Positions 26,473 to 34,211 of a stretch of DNA of 64,000 bases are shown in pieces (the stretch's first letter is position 1; every line of letters starts with the position of its first letter). The position numbers and the translations under genes are program-made. The stretch spans positions 20,739 through 84,738 of the forward strand of contig CALCZP010000002.1 of the NCBI GenBank assembly GCA_937903035.1, read 5' to 3'. The notes under the pieces are model-generated. The model searched no databases. It had not been told where the DNA came from and worked only from the letters and a program-made list of their open reading frames with translations. The stretch is from an uncultured bacterium (GTDB lineage: Bacteria > Patescibacteriota > Minisyncoccia > Phycocordibacterales > UBA9973).

Positions 26473-26931
26473 ATGAATTTTTTGAAAAAAACTTTCTCAA
26501 TACTCATTATGCTCAGTTTTTTTCTCGGAGCATTTACTGTATCTCATTCTGTAGCTTTTGCGCAGGGGATAAAAAATACTGATCAAGCTCCAGGTATCAA
26601 AAATACTGATAAGTGTGACAGTCGCCTTGGCTGTACTTCTAGTGCAACTGTCTTCAAGCTCGGTATTAAGCTCAACAATCCGCTCAAGGTAAATACCATA
26701 CAGGATGCGATCAAGTTCTTCTTGAATACTATTATGAAGATTGCACTCCCGTTTATTGTTGTATTCTTTATTTGGTCGGGACTCAGTTTTATTCTTGCTC
26801 GTGGTAATCCTGAGGGTATCAAAAAAGCAAAAAACATGTTCCTCTATACAATTATTGGCACACTGCTTATTCTCGGAGCATGGGCGATTACGAACGCTAT
26901 TATCGGAACAGTTAATACTATTACGAGTTAA
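26473..26931 (+). CDS. VirB2/TrbC-like pilin-like protein, paralogue 2
   Basis: Signal peptide MNFLKKTFSILIMLSFFLGAFTVSHSVAFA. C-terminal module ...IVVFFIWSGLSFILARGNPEGIKKAKNMFLYTIIGTLLILGAWAI. Start trimmed from 26368. Confidence 0.5.
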   Translation: MNFLKKTFSILIMLSFFLGAFTVSHSVAFAQGIKNTDQAPGIKNTDKCDSRLGCTSSATVFKLGIKLNNPLKVNTIQDAIKFFLNTIMKIALPFIVVFFIWSGLSFILARGNPEGIKKAKNMFLYTIIGTLLILGAWAITNAIIGTVNTITS

Positions 26932-26933
26932 GT

Positions 26934-27863
26934 ATGAAATTCTTTAAGTATATATTTGTCAGCTTGCTTGTAGTGCTCCTATGTGCGACTTCGACCTATG
27001 CAGCGTATTGTGACGAACTTGGTCCTGATGATGATAGGACAGGCTGTATTGACCGTCCTACGCCTCCACCAACACCTCCAACAATGTCGAAGTATTGCGA
27101 GAGTTTTCTTGGTCCTGATAATACATTACCTCCAGCATGTGAAGCCAACCCGCTCTATGATCCTAATACATCAACAACATCCTCTTCTGGTACAACAGGA
27201 GGACCGAGAACAGTCACTGATCCAAAAGAGTCAGTTTGTAGACAACTGTATTTTCTGAGTGATGGGTGGTATATGGCTGGCTGTGCTTCGGTAAAGACAG
27301 GGGTGACGTATACGTTGGTGAGCGGATATTGTGCTGATCATGCGAAAGATTCTATTAGTGATCCCCACTGGCTCCGGCTTGGATGTGACGGTATCGTTCG
27401 ACCTACTACGGTACAAACTACAACCCCTGCTTCTGGCATGACTACAGGAGGGTCTTTCTCTACGTTACCACTCAATAGTAGCCAGCAAGCAACAACGCTC
27501 TCCAATACCGGAGGCACATCACAGTCAAGCTCATCAGCACTGGCACAATGTAGTGCAATCAGGTTTGCTTCATTGCTCGATATTATGATTTGGGTTAAAT
27601 GTGTGATAGTCATTGCAGTGATTCCACTCATCTTCACGCTTGCATTTGTGATCTTTCTTTGGGGTGTACTTCGCTTTATGTATGCATCCGACTCTAAGGA
27701 TAAGGAGGCCGCTAAAGGCTTTATTTGGTGGGGGTTGGTGGGACTCTTTGTGATGGTGTCAGTTTGGGGGATTATTCGTATTCTTGGTACGACACTTGGT
27801 ATCGACTCGACCGTTCCACTACTGCAGACCTCCGCACTCGATCCTAAAAAAGCTACCAAGTAG
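26934..27863 (+). CDS. VirB2/TrbC-like pilin-like protein, paralogue 3, with a long Cys-, Pro- and Ser/Thr-rich (mucin-like) ectodomain
   Basis: Signal peptide, then PTPPPTPP and T/S-rich tracts, then C-terminal module ...FVIFLWGVLRFMYASDSKDKEAAKGFIWWGLVGLFVMVSVWGII. Confidence 0.5.
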   Translation: MKFFKYIFVSLLVVLLCATSTYAAYCDELGPDDDRTGCIDRPTPPPTPPTMSKYCESFLGPDNTLPPACEANPLYDPNTSTTSSSGTTGGPRTVTDPKESVCRQLYFLSDGWYMAGCASVKTGVTYTLVSGYCADHAKDSISDPHWLRLGCDGIVRPTTVQTTTPASGMTTGGSFSTLPLNSSQQATTLSNTGGTSQSSSSALAQCSAIRFASLLDIMIWVKCVIVIAVIPLIFTLAFVIFLWGVLRFMYASDSKDKEAAKGFIWWGLVGLFVMVSVWGIIRILGTTLGIDSTVPLLQTSALDPKKATK

Positions 27864-27943
27864 TATCTATTGCAATACGCATCATGGTATACTATGGACA
27901 CCTGTGTTCGATTATCAGGTAATTTTAGAAGTAGTATTCATAT

Positions 27944-28336
27944 ATGAAAAATAAAGCATTCTCTCTCAGCGCATTTGCTGCAACACTCCTAGTACCTGCA
28001 CTTGCACTCGCACAAAACTTTGATTACGCGAACAAATGGATTGACCAGGGTCTCAAATGGCTCCGTCTCTCAATTACAATCATCATGATTGTAATGACCC
28101 TGTACTTCCTTCTTGGGGTATTTCGCTATATCAGTGAAAAAGATCCAACCAAGCTCAAGGATCGTCGTACTGTCGTGATCAACGGACTCATTGGTCTCTT
28201 TATTGCAGTGTCAGTATGGGGTATCATTCGCCTTGCTGGTACTACACTTGGTACAAGTTCACAAAACGGTTCAGTTGATATTGCATGCCCTCCTGGCTTG
28301 AAATTCAATCCGACAACTGGTGTTTGTGGAGTCTAA
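27944..28336 (+). CDS. VirB2/TrbC-like pilin-like protein, paralogue 4
   Basis: Signal peptide, then module ...MTLYFLLGVFRYISEKDPTKLKDRRTVVINGLIGLFIAVSVWGIIRLAGTTLG. Confidence 0.5.
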   Translation: MKNKAFSLSAFAATLLVPALALAQNFDYANKWIDQGLKWLRLSITIIMIVMTLYFLLGVFRYISEKDPTKLKDRRTVVINGLIGLFIAVSVWGIIRLAGTTLGTSSQNGSVDIACPPGLKFNPTTGVCGV

Positions 28337-28345
28337 TCACTAGCT

Positions 28346-28684
28346 ATGTTTGAAGTCATTGCCTATGCTGATGGCGTTGACAATCTCTTGTACAAACTCA
28401 ATGCAAAGATTATCAACCCACTGATCGAACTTTCGTTCATTGTTGCGCTTGTGGTGTTTCTCTGGGGGGTACTTCAGTTTATCCGTGGTGCAAATAATGA
28501 AGAAGCTCGAGCAAAAGGCAAGGATCATATGCTCTGGGGGTTTGTTGGTTTTCTGATCATGTTTGGTGTATTTGGGATCATCAACTTGTTGACTCGAACA
28601 CTTGGCATCAAAGGAACAACCTTGAACCAAAAAGAGCAAAAGTTTGAAGCTCCAACCATTCAGGAGCTCAAGCTCCCAAAATAG
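28346..28684 (+). CDS. VirB2/TrbC-like pilin-like protein, paralogue 5 (module only)
   Basis: ...LVVFLWGVLQFIRGANNEEARAKGKDHMLWGFVGFLIMFGVFGIINLL. No signal peptide. Confidence 0.45.
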   Translation: MFEVIAYADGVDNLLYKLNAKIINPLIELSFIVALVVFLWGVLQFIRGANNEEARAKGKDHMLWGFVGFLIMFGVFGIINLLTRTLGIKGTTLNQKEQKFEAPTIQELKLPK

Positions 28685-28714
28685 AAAAAACCCCGACTGA
28701 AAAGTCGGGGTTTT
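28685..28714. terminator. Terminator hairpin AAAAAACCCCGACT-GAAA-AGTCGGGGTTTT
   Basis: Perfect 9-bp stem with A/T runs on both sides. Closes the pilin-like array and the convergent minus-strand operon. Confidence 0.6.
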
Positions 28715-28717
28715 GGT

Positions 28718-29506
28718 TTATTGGGAAAGATCTACTTCGGTCCATACATCAATCAACATGTCAGTATCACTCATGATACGTATTTGTTCACCAGGGTATG
28801 CCCGGGCTGATCCTTCAAGAGGAATCGTAATTCCTTTACCATTTTTGTTGAGAAACTTCATTCTCCACTCGTGACCTCTACTGTTGGTAAAGGTCAGTAC
28901 GACTGAATCTCCACTCGTATGTGGCTTGAAGAATATAGCTTTTCCTTCAGGAGAATTAATAGCATACACTACTCCTTTGGAAATCATTGGTGTACCTTCA
29001 CTAAGTGTCGGAAGCGTGCTTCGTACAGTACTAGCTGATGCGGCATTATCTGCTGATCCTAATGAGAGCCGGAGCTTCATCACGGGCCATACAAACCATC
29101 CGATCAACGCCACAATTCCTAAACATATGGCAAGCTTGCCATAGTAGGTAGCACGCTTACTTTTCTTACCAAAGCTTGGTAGTGATGGCAGTTTCCAATT
29201 TTTCCCCCATAGTTTCCATACTAGGAAAAGCACAACAATACAACGAACAGTAAGTATACATACCTTCCAAGACCATATAGATATAAGCCATTTCAAGAAT
29301 AGATAGATTATATATAATCCAAAAAAACCAAAAATGACTAGTGCCATTACTCTAGGTAACTGCTTGGTAGGACTGTTTGTACCACTTATTTGACCTCTAC
29401 GAGGTGTGCCACTTTTTAGCTCTTTTGTTGCATACCAGATGGTGATGATAGCAAATAATAATACTATTGCTAGCAAAATTATTTGCCATGATAGATTAGT
29501 TTCCAT
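28718..29506 (-). CDS. membrane protein with a C-terminal beta-rich domain; possible NfeD-like partner of the upstream SPFH protein
   Basis: Several N-terminal TM helices. SD AAAGGAGTTGG lies before the ATG at 29506. ORF-track start 29536 trimmed. The NfeD assignment is inferred only from its pairing with the SPFH gene. Confidence 0.4.
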   Translation of the reverse strand: METNLSWQIILLAIVLLFAIITIWYATKELKSGTPRRGQISGTNSPTKQLPRVMALVIFGFFGLYIIYLFLKWLISIWSWKVCILTVRCIVVLFLVWKLWGKNWKLPSLPSFGKKSKRATYYGKLAICLGIVALIGWFVWPVMKLRLSLGSADNAASASTVRSTLPTLSEGTPMISKGVVYAINSPEGKAIFFKPHTSGDSVVLTFTNSRGHEWRMKFLNKNGKGITIPLEGSARAYPGEQIRIMSDTDMLIDVWTEVDLSQ

Positions 29507-30611
29507 TGCCAACTCCTTTTGTTGCAATATTCGCAACTAATTGTTTAACAATAGGATTACCTTCATCAGTACCTGTTGTAACCAATGTTGTAACTTTGTT
29601 TTGTTGCAATGCTACAGCTACTTTTGTTTCGTCCACCAGAGCCTTATCTGCTTTTTGGAATTCAATTACTTTGGCAAGTTTAAGTCCAAGGACTTCTGCT
29701 TCTTTTGTTCCGACAGTTTCCGTTTTTTCCGCAGCAATGGTAATCTCAGCTTTACCTTTGATTGTTATTGCTTCTGCGTCAGCTTCAGCATTGATTTTAG
29801 TCTGCTTAGCTATTTCCGTGCGTACATCAGTAGTGATTTTTTGGACACTTTTCTCCTGGCGAGCTTTAATAATACTCTCCGAACCTTTTGAGAGGATTAC
29901 ATCCTCAGGCAGCAAAGTATCAATGATAAACAAATCTTTTGGAAATGTTGTTTTTTGATTTATGTCAATAACGATTAATTCGCAATCGTTATTTACACCA
30001 CCTTTTGTGGCACCTTGCAGTTCTTCAAGTTCTTTCTCGCGAAGTTTTTTCCCAATTTCTGTCTTGAGTAAATCTTCTACATAAGAGAGAAAGTTGCCGG
30101 AAGGGTATGCAGACATAATACCTTTTGCATCAAGAATGCGAAGCACAAATTTAAAGACGATTTGTACTTCAGCACCATCTGAGCTGACGATTTTGATATC
30201 AAAAGGATGAACCTCTCGATCCAAGAGAAACCATTGATCATTGCGTGATCGTCTGACGAGACACATTGACTGGGTTTCTACCATTTTTTTACCATCATTT
30301 TTACCATTATCAGTGGTACTTTTTTCCACTTCCTTTTTATAGGTTAATAGTGGTATGAGATTTTTTTTAGCCGCATCCTGTTCAGTCATTAATTGCTTCC
30401 ATACAAAAGGGAACGTAAATATACGTTCTATGTACGGTAATAAAATAATGTTGCCAAACAAAAAGGGGACAGGGCTGTTATTGTCCAGATAGATTGAGTC
30501 GGCTACCACGTTACCCTGAGAAACCAAATAGTGAAAACCTCTTCGAGGTGAAAAGAATAGGGTCCAACGACTAGGTGCTGAACCTTGCGGGAGAAGGAAT
30601 TCTGTTTCCAT
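29496..30611 (-). CDS. SPFH/band-7 (flotillin/prohibitin-like) domain protein
   Basis: SPFH-like core followed by a Glu/Ala/Lys-rich coiled coil (KINAEADAEAITIKGKAEITIAAEK) typical of flotillin-like proteins. The N-terminal boundary is uncertain. Confidence 0.55.
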   Translation of the reverse strand: METEFLLPQGSAPSRWTLFFSPRRGFHYLVSQGNVVADSIYLDNNSPVPFLFGNIILLPYIERIFTFPFVWKQLMTEQDAAKKNLIPLLTYKKEVEKSTTDNGKNDGKKMVETQSMCLVRRSRNDQWFLLDREVHPFDIKIVSSDGAEVQIVFKFVLRILDAKGIMSAYPSGNFLSYVEDLLKTEIGKKLREKELEELQGATKGGVNNDCELIVIDINQKTTFPKDLFIIDTLLPEDVILSKGSESIIKARQEKSVQKITTDVRTEIAKQTKINAEADAEAITIKGKAEITIAAEKTETVGTKEAEVLGLKLAKVIEFQKADKALVDETKVAVALQQNKVTTLVTTGTDEGNPIVKQLVANIATKGVGNGN

Positions 30612-30683
30612 ATATTATTTTTTTATTGTGAATGAATGATTTTGTTTGAATAAACTATATCACAAATATATAAAAATGTCAAT

Positions 30684-30715
30684 AAAAAATCCCACCGATT
30701 TGTGTCGGTGGGATT
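30684..30715 (-). terminator. Terminator hairpin AATCCCACCGA...TCGGTGGGATT with a T-run on the minus strand, after gene 30732-31217
   Basis: 11-bp perfect stem. Confidence 0.55.
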
Positions 30716-30731
30716 GTCTTTTTGCATGCTT

Positions 30732-31217
30732 TTACAAGCTACCTTTGTAGGATGATTGACCTGCTGATTCAGGTGTTTCTGCAACATCGACCCAATATTC
30801 AGTAAGCCAGTTGTCCCTGTACTTTAGAAGATCTTGTTCTTGTTCAGGAACAAAATCAGGACTTGCAAATCTGCAGGTTATGAGTACTTTGATGGCAAAG
30901 TACTTCGTTCCATCAACGGCTACAAGCGGCCTTACTGCCTTTATAGTTCGTGCTTGGCCTTCGGTCAGACGTATCGGAATACCAATTACTTGATAGGCTG
31001 TTCCGTTGTCGCTCATTTGTTTAAAATAAGCAGTGATCTGACCACCTGTTGGTTCTGCAAACAGGTATACTGTTGCGTTGATCCTTGCACGGTGTTGTAT
31101 TTGCCTATAGCCGGAAAGTCCATCAAAGATGTTGAACTTAAGCTCAGGCGGAGTCGTTTGTGCGTTTGCTGATGTAATAGATGCAATAAAGATGATAAAG
31201 AACAATACCTTTTTCAT
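30732..31217 (-). CDS. secreted hypothetical protein (signal peptide MKKVLFFIIFIASITSANA)
   Basis: Sec signal; no known domain. Confidence 0.5.
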   Translation of the reverse strand: MKKVLFFIIFIASITSANAQTTPPELKFNIFDGLSGYRQIQHRARINATVYLFAEPTGGQITAYFKQMSDNGTAYQVIGIPIRLTEGQARTIKAVRPLVAVDGTKYFAIKVLITCRFASPDFVPEQEQDLLKYRDNWLTEYWVDVAETPESAGQSSYKGSL

Positions 31218-31367
31218 AAGTGAAAATTTTTATAGGTGAGTTAATGAAATCTGAATACATCATATCATATATAGTATATTTGTCAAGTACCTGAGAATCC
31301 TCAAAAAAGCTTGATAGGGCAGGTGAAATACGGTATTATGGTGCGTACCCATAAGGTCTTGTGTATT

Positions 31368-31449
31368 GCTGGAGTGGCGGAATTGGTATACGCGCTAGTC
31401 TTAGGAACTAGTGCCGCAAGGCTTAAGGGTTCAAGTCCCTTCTCCAGCA
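31368..31449 (+). tRNA. tRNA-Leu (anticodon UAG), class II with a long variable arm
   Basis: GCTGGAG/CTCCAGC acceptor stem, anticodon loop CTTAGGA, variable hairpin GCC-GCAA-GGC, T-arm AAGGG-TTCAAGT-CCCTT. Confidence 0.8.
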
Positions 31450-31465
31450 CAGTTTAAATTAATAT

Positions 31466-31538
31466 GCTCCTATAGCTCAGTTGGTAGAGCAGCTCCCTCT
31501 TAAGGAGACGGTCGTGGGTTCGAATCCCTCTGGGGGCA
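31466..31538 (+). tRNA. tRNA-Lys (anticodon CUU)
   Basis: GCTCCTA/TGGGGGC acceptor stem (two G-U pairs), D-arm TAGCTCAGTTGGTAGAGC, anticodon loop CTCTTAA, T-loop TTCGAAT. One T-T mismatch in the T-stem. Confidence 0.7.
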
Positions 31539-31550
31539 CTATAGATATAC

Positions 31551-31592
31551 AAAACAAAAAACACTAAATATATTTAGTGTTTTTTGTTTTGT
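31551..31592. terminator. Perfect 21-bp AT-rich palindrome (CAAAACAAAAAACACTAAATA|TATTTAGTGTTTTTTGTTTTG) between convergent tRNA genes. Bidirectional terminator-like
   Basis: Read directly. Confidence 0.45.
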
Positions 31593-31595
31593 ATT

Positions 31596-31620
31596 GGGGG
31601 CGGGACTCGAACCCGCACGC
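31596..31620 (-). repeat. 25-nt duplicate of the tRNA-Leu(UAA) 3' end (T-arm plus acceptor: GTGCGGGTTCGAGTCCCGCCCCCA). No 5' half is foldable, so this is a partial tRNA and a candidate att-site scar
   Basis: Identical to 31664-31688 (plus-strand coordinates). The 40 nt between the copies do not form D or anticodon arms. Confidence 0.5.
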
Positions 31621-31660
31621 CGTATAAGGGCAAGGGATTTTAGTAATTTCACCACCACAG

Positions 31661-31743
31661 TGCTGGGGGCGGGACTCGAACCCGCACGGCATTGCTGCCT
31701 GAGGATTTTAAGTCCTCTATGTCTACCATTCCATCATCCCAGC
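31661..31743 (-). tRNA. tRNA-Leu (anticodon UAA), class II
   Basis: Minus strand GCTGGGATGATGGAATGGTAGACATAGAGGACTTAAAATCCTCAGGCAGCAATGCCGTGCGGGTTCGAGTCCCGCCCCCAGCA. Anticodon stem GAGGA/TCCTC, loop CTTAAAA, variable hairpin GGCA-GCAA-TGCC. One A-C mismatch at the base of the acceptor stem. Confidence 0.7.
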
Positions 31744-31813
31744 ACTCTGGAGGCGAAACAAAAATCTCCCGATGTACATTCCATCATCAATTTCACCTAA
31801 AAGGACATTTTGG

Positions 31814-31885
31814 AGACCCGAGCGAGAATCGAACTCGCGAATAGTTCTTTTGCAGAGAACCGCCTTACCACTTGGCCATCGGGTC
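31814..31885 (-). tRNA. tRNA-Cys (anticodon GCA)
   Basis: Minus strand GACCCGATGGCCAAGTGGTAAGGCGGTTCTCTGCAAAAGAACTATTCGCGAGTTCGATTCTCGCTCGGGTCT. Perfect acceptor, anticodon and T stems. Confidence 0.85.
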
Positions 31886-31890
31886 ACTAG

Positions 31891-32220
31891 TTATTGATCG
31901 CTTCTCAAAAGCGCGTCTATATTCTGACGGGCTTTCTCTCCAGTGTCAATCATGATGTCGAGGAATGGCACGGGGTGGATGCCGAGCTCTTTCATAGCGA
32001 TTTGTTTCAATGCTTTACGCTTGCGCTTGAGAAAGTTGATAGCTGACTCTTCGCCGGATGCCGGGAGGACGGACACATAGATTGTTGCTCTCTTGCCGCG
32101 ACTATAGAGCTCAACACGAGTAATGGTGATCATCGCGCTCTTATTGCTCTCGCTTTCGATGAAGCGAGCAGCAATTTCACGAATGCGTTCTTCGATTTTA
32201 GCATTTCGTTCTGCTGCCAT
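31891..32220 (-). CDS. rbfA: ribosome-binding factor A
   Basis: KIEERIREIAARFIE...ITITRVELYSRGKRATIYVSVL matches RbfA. It lies downstream of infB, the usual order. Confidence 0.85.
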   Translation of the reverse strand: MAAERNAKIEERIREIAARFIESESNKSAMITITRVELYSRGKRATIYVSVLPASGEESAINFLKRKRKALKQIAMKELGIHPVPFLDIMIDTGEKARQNIDALLRSDQ

Positions 32221-32221
32221 G

Positions 32222-33700
32222 TTATTTGGTGATCATCATAAATGCTTCGAGTACGTCGCCCGGTGCAATATCGGTCTTGCACTCGACGAGCATGCCACAT
32301 TCACCATCAGTCACAGTTTTAACCTTCTGTTTTGCAGACTGGATCTCAATAATCGTCCCTTGTGCGAGTGCATAGTCACGACGCAAAATTGATACTTTTG
32401 CACCAACTTCGATCGTACCGCTTTCAATACGACAGCCAATGACTTGACGATCTTTGGTTGCAGAGAATGTCTTGAGGACTTTTGCGGTACCACTGACTTC
32501 ACGACTTTCGACACGAGGGCGACGTTTTTCGAGTTCGACCTCGAGCCATTCAGTCATCTTGTAGATAATGTTGAATGTCTCAACAGTTGCATGTACTTGC
32601 TCATTCACATCACGTGCCCGAGCATCCATCGCAGTGTTGAAGCCGAGAATAATCGTGTCTTTATCAGACTGGGCGAGGCGAATGTCGCTCTCATTGATCG
32701 CACCGATACCTTTGCCGATGATTTTGACGCGAAGACCTTCGACGGTGATTTTACTGAGTTCACGCTCAGTTGCTTCGAGTGTGCCGTGTACATCAGTTTT
32801 AATAATGATTGGAACAATCTTTTCACCCGGAGTTACCACATCGCGATCATTTGCAGTAGTTACTTTCCCAAATTCCTCAATGTAGTCTTCAGCTTGACGT
32901 TTCTTGTCGAACACTACAATAGTTGAGCCAACTTCAGGCAGACTATCAAACCCGACGAGATGCACAGGTGTACCAGGTCCTGCAGTATCGAGAGTCTTGC
33001 CGAGGAAGTTTTCCATGATGCGAGTAGTGGTAATGGCGGTGCCTGCGATTACGAACTGACCTTTTTTGAGAGTCCCATCCTTTACAATAATAGTTGCTGC
33101 CATACCACGCTTTGCATCCATACGAGATTCAATCACGGTACCTGTTGCCATCGCACCTGGATTTGCAGTGAGTCCTTCAAGATCTGCAACAAGGAGAATC
33201 GTCTCGAGTAAATCTTCAACACCAGTACCTTTGATTGCTGATACGCCAACCCATGGTGTATCGCCGCCGTAGCCTTCAACGAGCACTTCATGCTCTGCAA
33301 GCATTTGCTTTGCCTTCTCAATATTTGCACCCTGCTTGTCGATCTTGTTGATTGCGACGATGAAGGGGATTTTTGCATTGCGAATAGTCTTGAGTGCTTC
33401 AATCGTCTGTGCTTTGACGCCATCTTCTGCAGACACCACAAGAATCGCAATATCAGCAGCAACTGCGCCACGCTCACGCATACCGGTAAAAGCTGCATGA
33501 CCTGGTGTATCAAGGAAGGTGATCTGACGCGTCGCTCCTTGGTAGGGAATAGCGATCTCGTATGCTGAGAGGTGCTGCGTAATACCACCGGCTTCTGTTT
33601 CGGTGACATTAGACTTGCGGATGTAATCCAACAGGGTTGATTTGCCATGGTCGATGTGACCCATGACGGCTACTATTGGTGGTCGGTGTGTGGTATTCAT
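32222..33700 (-). CDS. infB: translation initiation factor IF-2 (short form, 492 aa)
   Basis: G-domain AVMGHIDHGKSTLLD, DTPGH, NKID. Lacks the long N-terminal region of proteobacterial IF-2. Confidence 0.9.
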   Translation of the reverse strand: MNTTHRPPIVAVMGHIDHGKSTLLDYIRKSNVTETEAGGITQHLSAYEIAIPYQGATRQITFLDTPGHAAFTGMRERGAVAADIAILVVSAEDGVKAQTIEALKTIRNAKIPFIVAINKIDKQGANIEKAKQMLAEHEVLVEGYGGDTPWVGVSAIKGTGVEDLLETILLVADLEGLTANPGAMATGTVIESRMDAKRGMAATIIVKDGTLKKGQFVIAGTAITTTRIMENFLGKTLDTAGPGTPVHLVGFDSLPEVGSTIVVFDKKRQAEDYIEEFGKVTTANDRDVVTPGEKIVPIIIKTDVHGTLEATERELSKITVEGLRVKIIGKGIGAINESDIRLAQSDKDTIILGFNTAMDARARDVNEQVHATVETFNIIYKMTEWLEVELEKRRPRVESREVSGTAKVLKTFSATKDRQVIGCRIESGTIEVGAKVSILRRDYALAQGTIIEIQSAKQKVKTVTDGECGMLVECKTDIAPGDVLEAFMMITK

Positions 33701-34185
33701 GATGAAAATGAGTGGAGTGCTTCTTGTAATGCCCGGTCTTCTTCGGTAGTCAGTGTGCTATCGGCTTTGCGATTGCGAACTTTTTTGGCATAGACACCGA
33801 CATGGTTGCGATTACTGATCACGGAGAGTACGTAGCCATCACCATGTTCGTCAAGGAGTCCTGATGCAAAGCTTTGTTCGCCACCTGCATCACCGTATGC
33901 ATCGTATCTGACAAGTGAATAGCCACGAATACTTCGTTTGACGCGAGTGTCGATATGCTCAAGCGCTTCTTTGTGTGCGTCGAGTGTGTTGTCGACAACG
34001 GCACTTTTTTCGGTGAGCCATGCAAGGGTAGCCTCAAGTGACGTTGCATCCTTGCCTACCATAAAGGTACTGAGCCTTTTGTGAAGTTTCCATAGAAGGA
34101 TACCAAGTATCGTAACTGCTATCACGAGAATGATAGTCACCCCGAGTCCGATAGCTGCTACGAAGAATGGTATACTTCCTCCCAT
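33697..34185 (-). CDS. membrane-anchored hypothetical protein (162 aa)
   Basis: N-terminal TM helix. A 4-nt overlap with the infB start suggests an operon. Confidence 0.45.
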   Translation of the reverse strand: MGGSIPFFVAAIGLGVTIILVIAVTILGILLWKLHKRLSTFMVGKDATSLEATLAWLTEKSAVVDNTLDAHKEALEHIDTRVKRSIRGYSLVRYDAYGDAGGEQSFASGLLDEHGDGYVLSVISNRNHVGVYAKKVRNRKADSTLTTEEDRALQEALHSFSS

Positions 34186-34211
34186 AGACGCGCAGTATAG
34201 CTTTATTCTCT

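Noticed and set aside
31466-31538. Considered rejecting tRNA-Lys(CUU) because of a T-T mismatch in the T-stem and two G-U pairs in the acceptor
   Set aside because: It was retained. The D-arm, anticodon arm (U33, A37) and T-loop are canonical, so the mismatch is tolerated. Flagged with reduced confidence instead.
31594-31800. 68-aa plus-strand ORF (MGAGLEPARRIRARDF...GAGLEPARHCC...)
   Set aside because: It is a translation artefact across two antisense tRNA-related sequences. The internal GAGLEPAR repeat simply reflects the duplicated tRNA-Leu 3' end.
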